Shown here: piece by piece, positions 40,995 through 50,428 of the stretch | Position numbering within the stretch: the stretch's first letter is position 1 | Layout: each line of letters opens with the position of its first letter | DNA from: Candidatus Shapirobacteria bacterium | Lineage (GTDB): Bacteria > Patescibacteriota > Microgenomatia > UBA12405 > UBA6130 | Direction of reading: 5' to 3' | DNA length: 64,000 nt | Assembly (NCBI GenBank): GCA_027007615.1 | Contig: JALTFB010000031.1 | Span: 314-64,313 of the forward strand | Notes under the pieces: model-generated | Seen by the model: the letters and a program-made list of their open reading frames with translations, nothing else | The model's database searches: none | Told to the model about the DNA's origin: nothing | Made by a program: the position numbers and the translations under genes

Positions 40995-41975
40995 TCATTT
41001 CAAATAGCGTTGGATGTTGGCCTGGTGGTTTTTCAACGTCTTGGCGAAATGAAGATGGCCCGATCCGTCGGAAACATAATACCAATTATCGGTTTTAGGC
41101 GCTTGGATAACAGCTTTAATCGCCGCCAACGAAGGATTGCAAATCGGCCCCGGAGGAAGCCCTCGGTGAAGATAGGTATTATAAGGAGAGGCCATTTTTA
41201 AATCTTGGCGGCCCACTTTTGGCCACCAGTTACATTTCAACCGCTCCCGGCAATCCGCGTTAGCTTTAGCATATTGGACCGTGGCATCCACCTGAAGCGG
41301 CCAGCCCGCCCGCCAGCGATTAAGTAAAACCGCCGCCACCAACGGCCTATCAACCGCAAATTTTGCTTCCCTTTCCACTAAAGAAGCTAAAATTAAAGTC
41401 TGGCGCTGTTTTAATTTCTCACCGCTTGTTCCCACCCAAAGGTCCGCCGTTTTCTGGCGAAAAGTTCTTGTTAACAAACCAGCCACTTGCCGTTCGTTAA
41501 AATAGGGGGGAACCAAGTAACTGTCGGGGAAAAGCATGCCTTCGCTATTTTCCGTTAATGCCATAAAGCGAAAGCCATTCAAATGAAAATCCTTTACCAG
41601 CAAGTCGGCAATCTGCTCCCGCCGCCAGCCTTCTTTCACCCGCAGCCAAATATCCAACCGCCCCCGCGTTAGCGTCCGCGCTACTTCCGCCGCCGCCATT
41701 TTGGGAGTCAAAATGAATTTGCCGGCTTGCAATTGGCCTTGAAGCCCCAAAAGATGGACCAAAATTTGAAAACTTACTTTTGAATGAACCAGTTTTTTAT
41801 CTTCCAACTGTTGGCTTATAGCTGCCAATGGCATCCCCGGGGAAATAATCACCGCCGTTGCCGTATCAGCCGAGCTAACTGGTTGCCAGCTCCACCATAA
41901 CCAGCCGCCGATAGCAATAACAACCAAAAAAACCGCCGCTAAAACACTCCGGAAATAAACCCAAATTTTTGCCAT
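40995..41975 (-). CDS. mltG: Endolytic murein transglycosylase MltG (YceG-like)
   Basis: N-terminal TM, ..GKFILTPKMAAAEVARTL.. and a C-terminal YceG domain. Confidence 0.75.
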   Translation of the reverse strand: MAKIWVYFRSVLAAVFLVVIAIGGWLWWSWQPVSSADTATAVIISPGMPLAAISQQLEDKKLVHSKVSFQILVHLLGLQGQLQAGKFILTPKMAAAEVARTLTRGRLDIWLRVKEGWRREQIADLLVKDFHLNGFRFMALTENSEGMLFPDSYLVPPYFNERQVAGLLTRTFRQKTADLWVGTSGEKLKQRQTLILASLVEREAKFAVDRPLVAAVLLNRWRAGWPLQVDATVQYAKANADCRERLKCNWWPKVGRQDLKMASPYNTYLHRGLPPGPICNPSLAAIKAVIQAPKTDNWYYVSDGSGHLHFAKTLKNHQANIQRYLK

Positions 41976-41977
41976 GC

Positions 41978-42178
41978 CTATATTTCCTCAAATAATGCCC
42001 GGCGATACTTTTTTGTTTTAGTGTTATAAATATAAATCCGGCCACATTTGCAGGTTACTTTTTCCGCCTCGTCGCTAAGTTTTTCATGCTTAGCCTTAGA
42101 AAGCGGTGTTCCGCAGCCGACACACCGCCCCTGAGAGAGCAACCAAGCCTGAATTGGAGAAATAATATTTTTAAACAT
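41978..42178 (-). CDS. Small zinc-ribbon protein (66 aa), hypothetical
   Basis: CVGCGTPL..(17)..CKCGRIY. Sits between ruvX and mltG, where Firmicutes carry a small conserved ORF. Confidence 0.4.
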   Translation of the reverse strand: MFKNIISPIQAWLLSQGRCVGCGTPLSKAKHEKLSDEAEKVTCKCGRIYIYNTKTKKYRRALFEEI

Positions 42179-42179
42179 T

Positions 42180-42554
42180 TCACCCCCCTTCGGCTAAAAA
42201 GTATTCTAAAATTAAAGCGGCGGCAATATCGTCATCGCGGCGGCGCCATTTCCCTCCCAAAATATCCCGTGCATCTCGACTTGTAAGCGTCTCGTCAATA
42301 AACCTCACGGGTAATTTTACCATTTTACCAATTTTTCTCGCAAGCAACTCTGTTTCTTTCCTGATTGCCCCCCCAGAAAGGCCCCAAACTAAGTATTCCG
42401 GCTGATAGCGGCGGCAAAGTTTTGTTATTTGCTTCTCAGCGTCTACGGGATTTTGGTAATGAATAACCATTAAAGGGCTGACCACTCCCCGAACCGCCAA
42501 AGCAACTCCTAAATGGCGGCGGCCATAGTCAAAGCCTAATAAAGTCGTGTTCAT
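42180..42554 (-). CDS. ruvX: Holliday-junction resolvase-like RNase RuvX/YqgF
   Basis: MNTTLLGFDYGRRHLGVALA.. RNase H-fold N-terminus. Classic position between alaS and mltG. Confidence 0.85.
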   Translation of the reverse strand: MNTTLLGFDYGRRHLGVALAVRGVVSPLMVIHYQNPVDAEKQITKLCRRYQPEYLVWGLSGGAIRKETELLARKIGKMVKLPVRFIDETLTSRDARDILGGKWRRRDDDIAAALILEYFLAEGG

Positions 42555-43249
42555 TGCTGCAAACGGGCTCTAACTATTAAGCGCCGCAATAAAGTTCCCG
42601 GGGGACTGCAAGTTATCAGCGTGAGGCTTTTCTCGCTGAAATCTTGACGCAAAGGTTGTAAATTATGCGGAGAAACCTCGTATAAATTATTTACTTGGTA
42701 TGTATAGCGCTTGTCTCCATAATCCACAATAATTCGGTCACCCTCCCGCAAACGGTAAAGCGGCGAAAAAATTGTCAGATAATTGCTGGGGTTAAAAAAT
42801 TGCGGCAACACCGAATGGCCAATAACCACCGTGTTCCCTGGTTGGCCGGGCAAAGCCGTTCCCGGATACTGAACCAAATTTTTATCTAAACTTCGCGCGC
42901 CAACTATAACGTTAGCTTGGTAAATCTTCAATTTAGGAATAGTTAAGAAATAGGAGGCTCCTTCATTTGTCGCCGCTTGCGATAATTTTGCGTCTCGGGC
43001 AAACCAATTTTCCAAGTGGACCAATTTGTCTGTGCCTGATGGGGCCGAAAGCATTTCTCCCCCAGAAGCCAAAGGGCTGGCTACCGGCGCCAATTGAGCC
43101 CCATAGTAAAATTGATAAGTGATTAGAGGAATAGCTAGCCATAATAAAAGAAGAATTCCCAAGCCCAAAAAACCTCCCGCTAAAAATCGGCGCGCCGCCA
43201 ACTGGCGCCTTGACCTTAGCTTTGCTTTACGATATGCATACAGTGCCAT
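42551..43249 (-). CDS. Sortase (class A/E-like transpeptidase)
   Basis: N-terminal TM, catalytic His (VVIGHSV) and TLITCSP cysteine motif, ..YTYQV.. Confidence 0.75.
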   Translation of the reverse strand: MALYAYRKAKLRSRRQLAARRFLAGGFLGLGILLLLWLAIPLITYQFYYGAQLAPVASPLASGGEMLSAPSGTDKLVHLENWFARDAKLSQAATNEGASYFLTIPKLKIYQANVIVGARSLDKNLVQYPGTALPGQPGNTVVIGHSVLPQFFNPSNYLTIFSPLYRLREGDRIIVDYGDKRYTYQVNNLYEVSPHNLQPLRQDFSEKSLTLITCSPPGTLLRRLIVRARLQQ

Positions 43250-45402
43250 TACTCGCCTCGGATTTTAACCGTTATGTTTTTATCTAACCACGGTAACCAG
43301 GGCCAAAAATCAAGGATTTTCCATTGATTATGAATTTCCACCCGCGCGACTCGGGGATAATGGTGAATAATCTTCTGGGCTTTAGCTTTAGTTGCCCCCT
43401 TCAGGCGCTGCCGTAATTGCGATAAATCAAAGCGCGGATAAGCCATCGCCTTAATGGCTATCTGCAATTTTCCCGCACTTCCCGATCCCGATAAAGATTG
43501 CACTTTTACCTGTAGGCTTTTCTCGTCCAGTTCGCTCTTGTTTGTCAAACGTTTTTGGATTAACCGCAAAGCTAAATTGCGCAAATCATCACGGCGTACC
43601 GCCTGAGCGTTAATTTGCATTTTAAGCCCGCCCGCCAGGCTATCAGCTTCTTCTCCCAAATGGCGTTGGGGGGTAAAGTCAACAACTTTGCTGTCCAGCT
43701 TGGGGCTAACTATCTCTAGGTCTGCGCCCGCCTTAGCTGACATTGCCTCGCCTGCTTTAGCCAGAATTTTCTCCGTCAATTGTTTTTTCAGCGCCGACAG
43801 ATCCTCTTTGGAAACCGCTTTAACCTTACGGTTGCTCCCCCCCGAGAAATCGTCTTTAGCCCGAGCCAGGCATTCATCCTGAGTATAATTGTCCACTCTA
43901 AAAAGAGTCCCCTTCGGCAAATTATATTCCGATCCAAATTTAGCGGCGATTACGCTGGATTCTGTTTTTCCCAATCGATCGATACCGCTGTTTAAATCAG
44001 CCGTTTTCGATGCTATCCGCACCGATTCCCGCAAAGAAAACGTAAGCCCGCTTTTAGCCTCTAGCTTTGTTCCCGACGCTAAAAGAAGCGGCCGGCTGGT
44101 TCTATTAAAAATAACCACTGTCCCCAAAGCTTTCTCTCCAACCGTAGTGGTCCCGGTGACGGCAACTTTGCCTTTCTCACTCAACTCAATGCTTAGTGGC
44201 TGGAAGCTGACATCACCTTTGCCTACTCGCGTCTTCAACTCTAATTGCTGGGGAGTAATAAAAACAATTACCTGCCTTGCCAACCAGAAGGAGTTTATCG
44301 CCGCCAATGATAACAATAGCCCTGCCGCTAAGCCAAAAGGCAATATTAACCCTAATCGTTTTGTAACCAAAAAGCCATTTATTATAGATGCCCGTAAATT
44401 CGGCCACCGAAAACGAAATGGCAGCGCCTTTAATTTCAATAATTTTTTATGCTTCTTTTCTAAAGGCTCTTTCGGCGGCGGCGGGGCGCTCGGCAATGCG
44501 CCGCTAATTTCTTCACTTGCCAACGGCAATGTCGTTTCTTTCGGCGGCGGCAAAGCTTCATCCAAAGATAAATCTTGTTCCGCAAAGCCGGCCGGCAGGC
44601 TTATTCTTTCCGTTTTCCCTTCTTCTTCCTCATCTGAACTTAACCCCATTGCTTTCTCTCCCTCTTCTCCTTGTTCTTGGAAACGTTCCTCTATTAAGCT
44701 GCTAAAAATAGCAAAAAATTGTTGCCAGCTCATAAAATTAAACTGGGGTATTTGTAAAAACAGGCTGTCGCGGCGGCCTGTCCAGGAATATTTTTCACAT
44801 TCTGCCTGTAAAACGGCAAATTCTTCTTGATTGCGGCCCCAAAAAATAAAATTAGGAGGGAACATGCCCGGATAGTCCAATTGTCCCAAAGCTTTTTCCA
44901 ATTGCTCAGGTAATTGGCGGTCCGCGCTTATTTCCAGCCTCAACCGGCTTTTAATCTTCCCCAAGTGAACCAACGAAACTTCGCTGGGGTTATCAAGGGC
45001 AACGCTGATAAAGCTTGGGGACTGGCCACGCTCGCGTTGAAAATGATGAATAAGGGCTTCATCCGCCAATAAAAAACCGAGCGGGTGCAAATGCAGCTGG
45101 CTGGCCAATTGAGACAAGATAGCTTTCTTGCCTTCCAAGAGGCTCCCGTCAGCCTTAACCCAAAAGGGAGAAATCAAAAAAATTGTTTCCGCCGGGCGCA
45201 AACCGGCTAATTCCTCTCCCGCTTTCTGCCAAATCTGGCGGCTGGCAGACAAAATTTCTTCCGTTTGCAAAGAAGCAAGGCTCTGCCGCCAGAAATTTAA
45301 TAATTTAATTTCCTGCTGGCGCCGATAAAGAGCTAACGCCAACTGCTGATGGCCTAAATAAAATAATAATATGCCGGATTTTTGATTGTTATCTCTGGTC
45401 AT
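43249..45402 (-). CDS. Hypothetical single-pass membrane protein: ~250 aa cytoplasmic N-domain, acidic/Pro-rich linker, TM helix, ~350 aa extracytoplasmic C-domain
   Basis: Start placed at ATG 45402 (MTRDNNQKSGILLFYLGHQQ..) to avoid overlap with alaS. TM LILPFGLAAGLLLSLAAINSFWL. Linker ..EEGEKAMGLSSDEEEEG..PPPKE... No family recognised by eye. Confidence 0.5.
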   Translation of the reverse strand: MTRDNNQKSGILLFYLGHQQLALALYRRQQEIKLLNFWRQSLASLQTEEILSASRQIWQKAGEELAGLRPAETIFLISPFWVKADGSLLEGKKAILSQLASQLHLHPLGFLLADEALIHHFQRERGQSPSFISVALDNPSEVSLVHLGKIKSRLRLEISADRQLPEQLEKALGQLDYPGMFPPNFIFWGRNQEEFAVLQAECEKYSWTGRRDSLFLQIPQFNFMSWQQFFAIFSSLIEERFQEQGEEGEKAMGLSSDEEEEGKTERISLPAGFAEQDLSLDEALPPPKETTLPLASEEISGALPSAPPPPKEPLEKKHKKLLKLKALPFRFRWPNLRASIINGFLVTKRLGLILPFGLAAGLLLSLAAINSFWLARQVIVFITPQQLELKTRVGKGDVSFQPLSIELSEKGKVAVTGTTTVGEKALGTVVIFNRTSRPLLLASGTKLEAKSGLTFSLRESVRIASKTADLNSGIDRLGKTESSVIAAKFGSEYNLPKGTLFRVDNYTQDECLARAKDDFSGGSNRKVKAVSKEDLSALKKQLTEKILAKAGEAMSAKAGADLEIVSPKLDSKVVDFTPQRHLGEEADSLAGGLKMQINAQAVRRDDLRNLALRLIQKRLTNKSELDEKSLQVKVQSLSGSGSAGKLQIAIKAMAYPRFDLSQLRQRLKGATKAKAQKIIHHYPRVARVEIHNQWKILDFWPWLPWLDKNITVKIRGE

Positions 45403-45403
45403 C

Positions 45404-47200
45404 TTACTTTTCAAAGCGGGCATAAATCCGCCGGCAGCCCGCGCCGCAGCTTTCCTGTTTAACAATAACTAAACGGCCCAACTTTACCAATTCAGTCGTA
45501 TTTTTCACATGCGGTCCCCGGCAAACTTCCAGGGAAAAATCGCCAATTTTGTAAACCGATACTTTTTCAGGGTAGCGGTCGCGGAAAAATGCCAAGGCGC
45601 CCATTTTCCGGCTTTCATTGAAAGGCATTACCAAGCGCTCCACATTATGTCCAGCCTCAATCTGCTGGTTAACCAACTCTTCTGCCTTCTTTATCTCCAA
45701 TGCTGTTAGCGGCCGCGGGTGGGCAAAATCAAAACGGAGCCGCTCCGGAGTGATATTGCTGCCCATTTGATGGACATGGGAGCCCAAGATTTGCCGCAAT
45801 GCCGCTTGCAAAAGATGAGTTGCCGTATGGTAAGCAATTGACCGGCTATCATTATCGGCAAGGCCGCTTTTAAAACGCCCTTTAGCCGCCCGGCGGGAAA
45901 TTTGCTGATGCTTTCCTTTTTCTTCCTCAAACTCTTTTTCATCTATTTTTAAATGGGATTTTCCCAGTTCTTCGGCAATAAGCTCCAGGGGGAAACCAAA
46001 CGTTTCATAAAGGAAAAAGGCTTCTTTGCCGGACATCATTGTCTTTTTGGCGTCTATCAATTTTTGGGCTGCTTTTTCTAGTTCCCGTAAACCCCGCTGC
46101 AGAGTACGCCGGAAACGCTGCTCTTCATCCTCCAAAACCGAAAGGATTACCTCCAAGTTGTCTAATTCCGGATACTCGCCGGCATAATTATCACGATTGG
46201 CAATTACCGCCGCGCCAACCTGGCGGCTAAAGCCAACCGACAAACCTAAAGATTCGCCTTGGCGCACGCTACGGCGAATTAAACGCCGCAGGACATAACT
46301 TTGTTCTTTATTTCCGGGAACAATTCCATCGGCAATAATGAAAACCGCCGCCCGCAAATGGTCGGCAATAATGCGCATCGGCCGCCGCCAATCGCCCTTA
46401 TAAGGCTTTTGCGCTAACTCGCTAATAGTTTTAATAATTGGTTGCCAAATCGGCGTTAAATAATCATCTTCCAAGCCCAAAAGCAAACGTACCGTTCTCT
46501 CTACTCCCATGCCGGTATCCACATTTTTTTGTTTTAAGGGATAAAACTTTCCATCAGCCCGTTTTTCAAATTCCATAAAAACGTTATTCCAGATTTCAAT
46601 ATACTTGCCGCAACCGCAGCCGGGGCGGCAACCCGGCGAGCATTTGGCTTTACCGGTATCAATGAACATTTCGCTATCCGGCCCGCAGGGACCCGTTTGG
46701 CTAACCGGACCCCACCAATTATCTTTGCGCGGCAAGAAAAAAATCCGTTCTTCGGGAATGCCTAACTGGCGCCAGACTTTAGCCGACGCCGTGTCGCGAG
46801 GCACGCTTTTATCACCGGCAAAACAAGTCACCGCTATCTTTTTTGCAGAAAATTGAAGAACTTTAGTAAGAAATTCATAGCTCCAACCAATGGCCTTTTC
46901 TTTAAAATAATCGCCCAGCGACCAATTGCCCAGCATTTCAAACCAGGTGTGGTGAAAACTATCTCCCACCAGCTCAATATCTTGAGTGCGAACACATTCC
47001 TGGACGCTAGCTAGGCGTTTGCCCAAAGGATGGGGTTCGCCCATTAAATAAGGCACCAGCGGATGCATTCCGGCAGAAATAAAAAGCGCCGAAGCATCAC
47101 CCTCCGGCACTAAAGAAACCGAAGGAATTATCCGATGCCCTCTTTTTTTAAAAAAATCAAAGTAGGCATCCCGTAACCAACGGGCGGTCTTTTTCTTCAT
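45404..47200 (-). CDS. alaS: Alanine--tRNA ligase, short form (598 aa) lacking the C-terminal C-Ala domain
   Basis: Class II catalytic core. Editing-domain HTATHLL (HxxxH) and CRGPHV (CGGTHV-like). Ends ~40 aa later. Confidence 0.85.
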   Translation of the reverse strand: MKKKTARWLRDAYFDFFKKRGHRIIPSVSLVPEGDASALFISAGMHPLVPYLMGEPHPLGKRLASVQECVRTQDIELVGDSFHHTWFEMLGNWSLGDYFKEKAIGWSYEFLTKVLQFSAKKIAVTCFAGDKSVPRDTASAKVWRQLGIPEERIFFLPRKDNWWGPVSQTGPCGPDSEMFIDTGKAKCSPGCRPGCGCGKYIEIWNNVFMEFEKRADGKFYPLKQKNVDTGMGVERTVRLLLGLEDDYLTPIWQPIIKTISELAQKPYKGDWRRPMRIIADHLRAAVFIIADGIVPGNKEQSYVLRRLIRRSVRQGESLGLSVGFSRQVGAAVIANRDNYAGEYPELDNLEVILSVLEDEEQRFRRTLQRGLRELEKAAQKLIDAKKTMMSGKEAFFLYETFGFPLELIAEELGKSHLKIDEKEFEEEKGKHQQISRRAAKGRFKSGLADNDSRSIAYHTATHLLQAALRQILGSHVHQMGSNITPERLRFDFAHPRPLTALEIKKAEELVNQQIEAGHNVERLVMPFNESRKMGALAFFRDRYPEKVSVYKIGDFSLEVCRGPHVKNTTELVKLGRLVIVKQESCGAGCRRIYARFEK

Positions 47201-47254
47201 TTATCAATTATAACCAACACCACCGTGTTTTACCAAGAATCAGACCGATTAGCC

Positions 47255-47638
47255 CTATTTCTTCTTGAGGAAAAAGTGCCGGGGAAATTTTTTGCTGGCC
47301 GGCAGGGCCTTAGTCACCGCCAAAAAAGGCTTCGGCTTTTCCTTAATCTTTTTTTTCTTCTCGCTCGTCAGCCATTTTTCTCCCCATTGCGCCAGCTGAC
47401 GCACCACCGATAAAATTCGGGCCGAACTTTTCAATTCCTGGATTAATCCCGGAAGGCCGGTCACGCTTCCCTCAATCGCCGCCAAGCTTCTATCGGCGCG
47501 TTGGCTGATTTTTTCCCACTGGCGCAGCAAGCGCTGCAAATCACGGAAAACCAGCATCAGCCAGACACCGGCCGCCACAAAAACAGTTGTCAAAAGAAAA
47601 ATACTGGCGATGAGTAAAAATTGCATCAAGCTCCCCAT
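47255..47638 (-). CDS. Small membrane/coiled-coil protein, DUF948-like
   Basis: N-terminal TM FLLIASIFLLTTVFVAAGVWLMLVF, then helical ..LQRLLRQWEKISQRADRSLAAIEGSV.., Lys-rich tail. Confidence 0.35.
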   Translation of the reverse strand: MGSLMQFLLIASIFLLTTVFVAAGVWLMLVFRDLQRLLRQWEKISQRADRSLAAIEGSVTGLPGLIQELKSSARILSVVRQLAQWGEKWLTSEKKKKIKEKPKPFLAVTKALPASKKFPRHFFLKKK

Positions 47639-48277
47639 TTACTTTATTGTATCAACTTGCGGCTGAAAAACAATCTCTTTCTTTAACACCATTTTTTTTC
47701 CGCTTGGAGAGACAGCTTCGAAATAAAGCCAATTTTCTCCCTTCATGAGGATAACCTTTCTTTTAAAATTACCGTCCTCATCCAGAAGCAATAACCTGTT
47801 ATTCAGTTTTAGAGTTATCGCCCTATGGGCCTGTCCCTTAACCATTATGAAAGGGCTGTGAACCTTTTTGGGCAGAGGCAGCAATGTCAGATCCGGCGGG
47901 CGTTGGAAAAGATAATATTCCAGGCCTAAATAGCCAATTATCAATAAGATAAAGGCCGTTATAGAAACAAATTGCCAGTTGGTAAAAAGTCTACGAATAA
48001 GGCAATTTTTTCGGGGGGGCAGAAAAGAACGGCTGGCTGCTTTCGCACCCGGATAATCCCGCCGGAATAAAGCCAAAGCATGCTTCTCGTCAATTCCCAG
48101 CCAACGGGCATAATCACGCAAGTAAAGCCGCCTGTATCCCAAGGGAATACGTTGGAAATCGCCTGATTCAATCGCTTGCAAATAACGCTGGGGAATCGTT
48201 AAAGCCGCCGCCGCTTTAAGCAAACTCAAGCGACGCTCATTGCGCCTCCGCCGCAACATCGCCGCCAAAGTTTCCAT
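47639..48277 (-). CDS. RodZ-like HTH (Xre-type) membrane protein
   Basis: N-terminal HTH ..RLSLLKAAAALTIPQRYLQAIESGDF.., single TM, C-terminal DUF4115-like beta domain. Confidence 0.55.
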   Translation of the reverse strand: METLAAMLRRRRNERRLSLLKAAAALTIPQRYLQAIESGDFQRIPLGYRRLYLRDYARWLGIDEKHALALFRRDYPGAKAASRSFLPPRKNCLIRRLFTNWQFVSITAFILLIIGYLGLEYYLFQRPPDLTLLPLPKKVHSPFIMVKGQAHRAITLKLNNRLLLLDEDGNFKRKVILMKGENWLYFEAVSPSGKKMVLKKEIVFQPQVDTIK

Positions 48278-48278
48278 A

Positions 48279-50408
48279 TCAATTCTGCAGCTCGGGCGGC
48301 AATTCCTTTACCAGAACTTCCCGCGGCTTGGTCCCTCTCTTGGGACCCACTATGCCCGCTGCAGCTAGCTCATCAACGATACGCCCCGCCCTGGCAAAAC
48401 CAATATGAAGATGCCGTTGCAGTAATGAAACTGAAGCTTCTCCATTGTTGATAACCAATTTCGCCGCCGCTAAAAATACCTCATCGCGTTCCTGGCCGTT
48501 TACTATTACCCGGCTGGCTGTCATGCCGCCGGTTCTGATTGGCTGGCTTAGCACCCTATGGTTATATTCCGCCTCACCTTGCTGCCGTAAAAAATCTATT
48601 AGTTTTTTCACTTCCCTGTCGGAAATCAACGGCCCTTGAATACGAACCGGTTTTGGCCGTTCAGGGAACAGATAAAGCATGTCGCCTCGCCCCAAAAGCT
48701 TCTCCGCTCCAACCGTATCTAGAATTACTCGGGAATCAACGGCGCTGGAAACGGCAAAAGAAATCCTCGTCGGAATATTAGCTTTTATCACCCCGGTAAT
48801 AACATCAACCGAAGGCCGCTGCGTTGCCAAAACCAAATGAATGCCGGTTGCTCGAGCCATTTGGGCTAAACGATTAACCGAATCTTCTATCTCCGCCGGA
48901 GAAAAACTCATAATATCAGCCAGCTCATCGATAAAAATAACAATATACGGCAGCCGCTGAATGCCGGCCAACTCATTATAGCCGGTAATATTGCGAACTC
49001 CTATTTGGTTAAAAGTCTTATAGCGTTCATCCATCTGGTTTAAGGCCCATTTAAGAGCCGAAAGGACTTCCGCTGATTTATAAATTACCGGCGTCAGAAG
49101 GTGAGGAATACCCTGATAATGGCTCATTTCAACGCGTTTGGGATCGATCAGTATTAGCCGCAATTCATCGGGGCTGGCGCGAAAAAGAAGAGTGGCAATC
49201 CACGACCTTAGCAAAACGCTTTTCCCCGAACCTGTTTGCCCGGCAATTAACACATGAGGCATGCTGCCAATGTCTGCTATCATTGTTTGGCCATTAACAC
49301 TCAATCCCAAAGGGACCGCCAGCTTCGATTTTGATTGCCGCATCAGTTGTGAAGTTAAAATCCGCCCCAAAGGAACAATTTCCGCCCGGCGGTTAGGAAT
49401 CTCTATACCTACCAACGAACGGCCGGGAATAGGAGCTTCGATGCGGACTTGACCCGTTGGCGCCGCCAATGCCAAAGCTAAATCATCGGCCAAAGTGGTA
49501 ATTCTGGAAAGCTTCGTGCCTGAAGCAACCGCTAGGGCATATTGTGTGACCGTAGGCCCTTGGCTTGTCCCTTTTACTCGAGCGGTAATGCCAAAAGAAT
49601 CAAGCGTCTCTTCAATTTTCTTGGCATTGCCGCTAACATTGCCGCGGTCTGCTTGCATTGGCGCCGTTTCTCCCAATAAATCCAGTGGCGGATAATGCCA
49701 AACTTGCTGGCGTTCACCCTGAGTCAGCAGTTTATTTTCCGGCGGGGAAGAGCCTTCCGCCAAAGTTTTCAAAACAGGCGGCGGCCCGGCAGGAACTTCA
49801 TCTAGTTTTGTTTCCGCTTTAGTCTTGTTCTTAATCTCCATTGGCAAGGGAGCCGCCAAAGCTCCTTCGGCCGAGGTTTTATCTTCAATTAACTTAGGCG
49901 CCTTTGCTTTTGGCCGGCGCCAATAACGCCCGACTACGGACAACCCTTGAAGCAAAACGAGCCAAATGCTTTCCAAAGATGTGTCAAAAAGCACTAAAAC
50001 ACCCACCAAAAAACCCAAAACAAATAAAGATCCCGCCCCGAAAGAGGTTAACCAAAAAGCCACTTGTTGCCAAAGCCAATGGCCGAAAATGCCCGCCTGC
50101 AATAAGCCTGCCAAAGCTAACCAGGCAACCGTTACCCCCAAGCTAATATGAAAAGCCGCTAAAATCGTCTGCAAGGGTAAAATTAAAAACCCAAAGCACA
50201 AGCCGATAAAGGGAAGTAAAAAACTAGTCATCCCAAAATATTGAAAAAGGCGGAAATTAAGTCGCTCTAAAAGAAATCCCTTTTGAAAGAAAGAAAGTAT
50301 CACCAAAATGACCGCCAAAAAAACCAGCAACGATAGAACCGACAAGATTGTTTTCTTTTTAATACCGCGGCGGCGGCCTAAGCGCTTCTTTTTTCGTCGT
50401 CTTCCCAT
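48279..50408 (-). CDS. ftsK: DNA translocase FtsK/SpoIIIE
   Basis: N-terminal TM segments. Motor domain ..HVLIAGQTGSGKSVLL.. with Walker B ..IVIFIDELADIM... C-terminal gamma wHTH. Confidence 0.9.
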   Translation of the reverse strand: MGRRRKKKRLGRRRGIKKKTILSVLSLLVFLAVILVILSFFQKGFLLERLNFRLFQYFGMTSFLLPFIGLCFGFLILPLQTILAAFHISLGVTVAWLALAGLLQAGIFGHWLWQQVAFWLTSFGAGSLFVLGFLVGVLVLFDTSLESIWLVLLQGLSVVGRYWRRPKAKAPKLIEDKTSAEGALAAPLPMEIKNKTKAETKLDEVPAGPPPVLKTLAEGSSPPENKLLTQGERQQVWHYPPLDLLGETAPMQADRGNVSGNAKKIEETLDSFGITARVKGTSQGPTVTQYALAVASGTKLSRITTLADDLALALAAPTGQVRIEAPIPGRSLVGIEIPNRRAEIVPLGRILTSQLMRQSKSKLAVPLGLSVNGQTMIADIGSMPHVLIAGQTGSGKSVLLRSWIATLLFRASPDELRLILIDPKRVEMSHYQGIPHLLTPVIYKSAEVLSALKWALNQMDERYKTFNQIGVRNITGYNELAGIQRLPYIVIFIDELADIMSFSPAEIEDSVNRLAQMARATGIHLVLATQRPSVDVITGVIKANIPTRISFAVSSAVDSRVILDTVGAEKLLGRGDMLYLFPERPKPVRIQGPLISDREVKKLIDFLRQQGEAEYNHRVLSQPIRTGGMTASRVIVNGQERDEVFLAAAKLVINNGEASVSLLQRHLHIGFARAGRIVDELAAAGIVGPKRGTKPREVLVKELPPELQN

Positions 50409-50428
50409 ATATTAATCATAGAGAAAAT

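Noticed and set aside
43889-44830. 313 aa plus-strand ORF
   Set aside because: It is antisense to the 738 aa membrane-protein gene. Its low-complexity S/P/A-rich product is the reverse-frame reading of the acidic linker.
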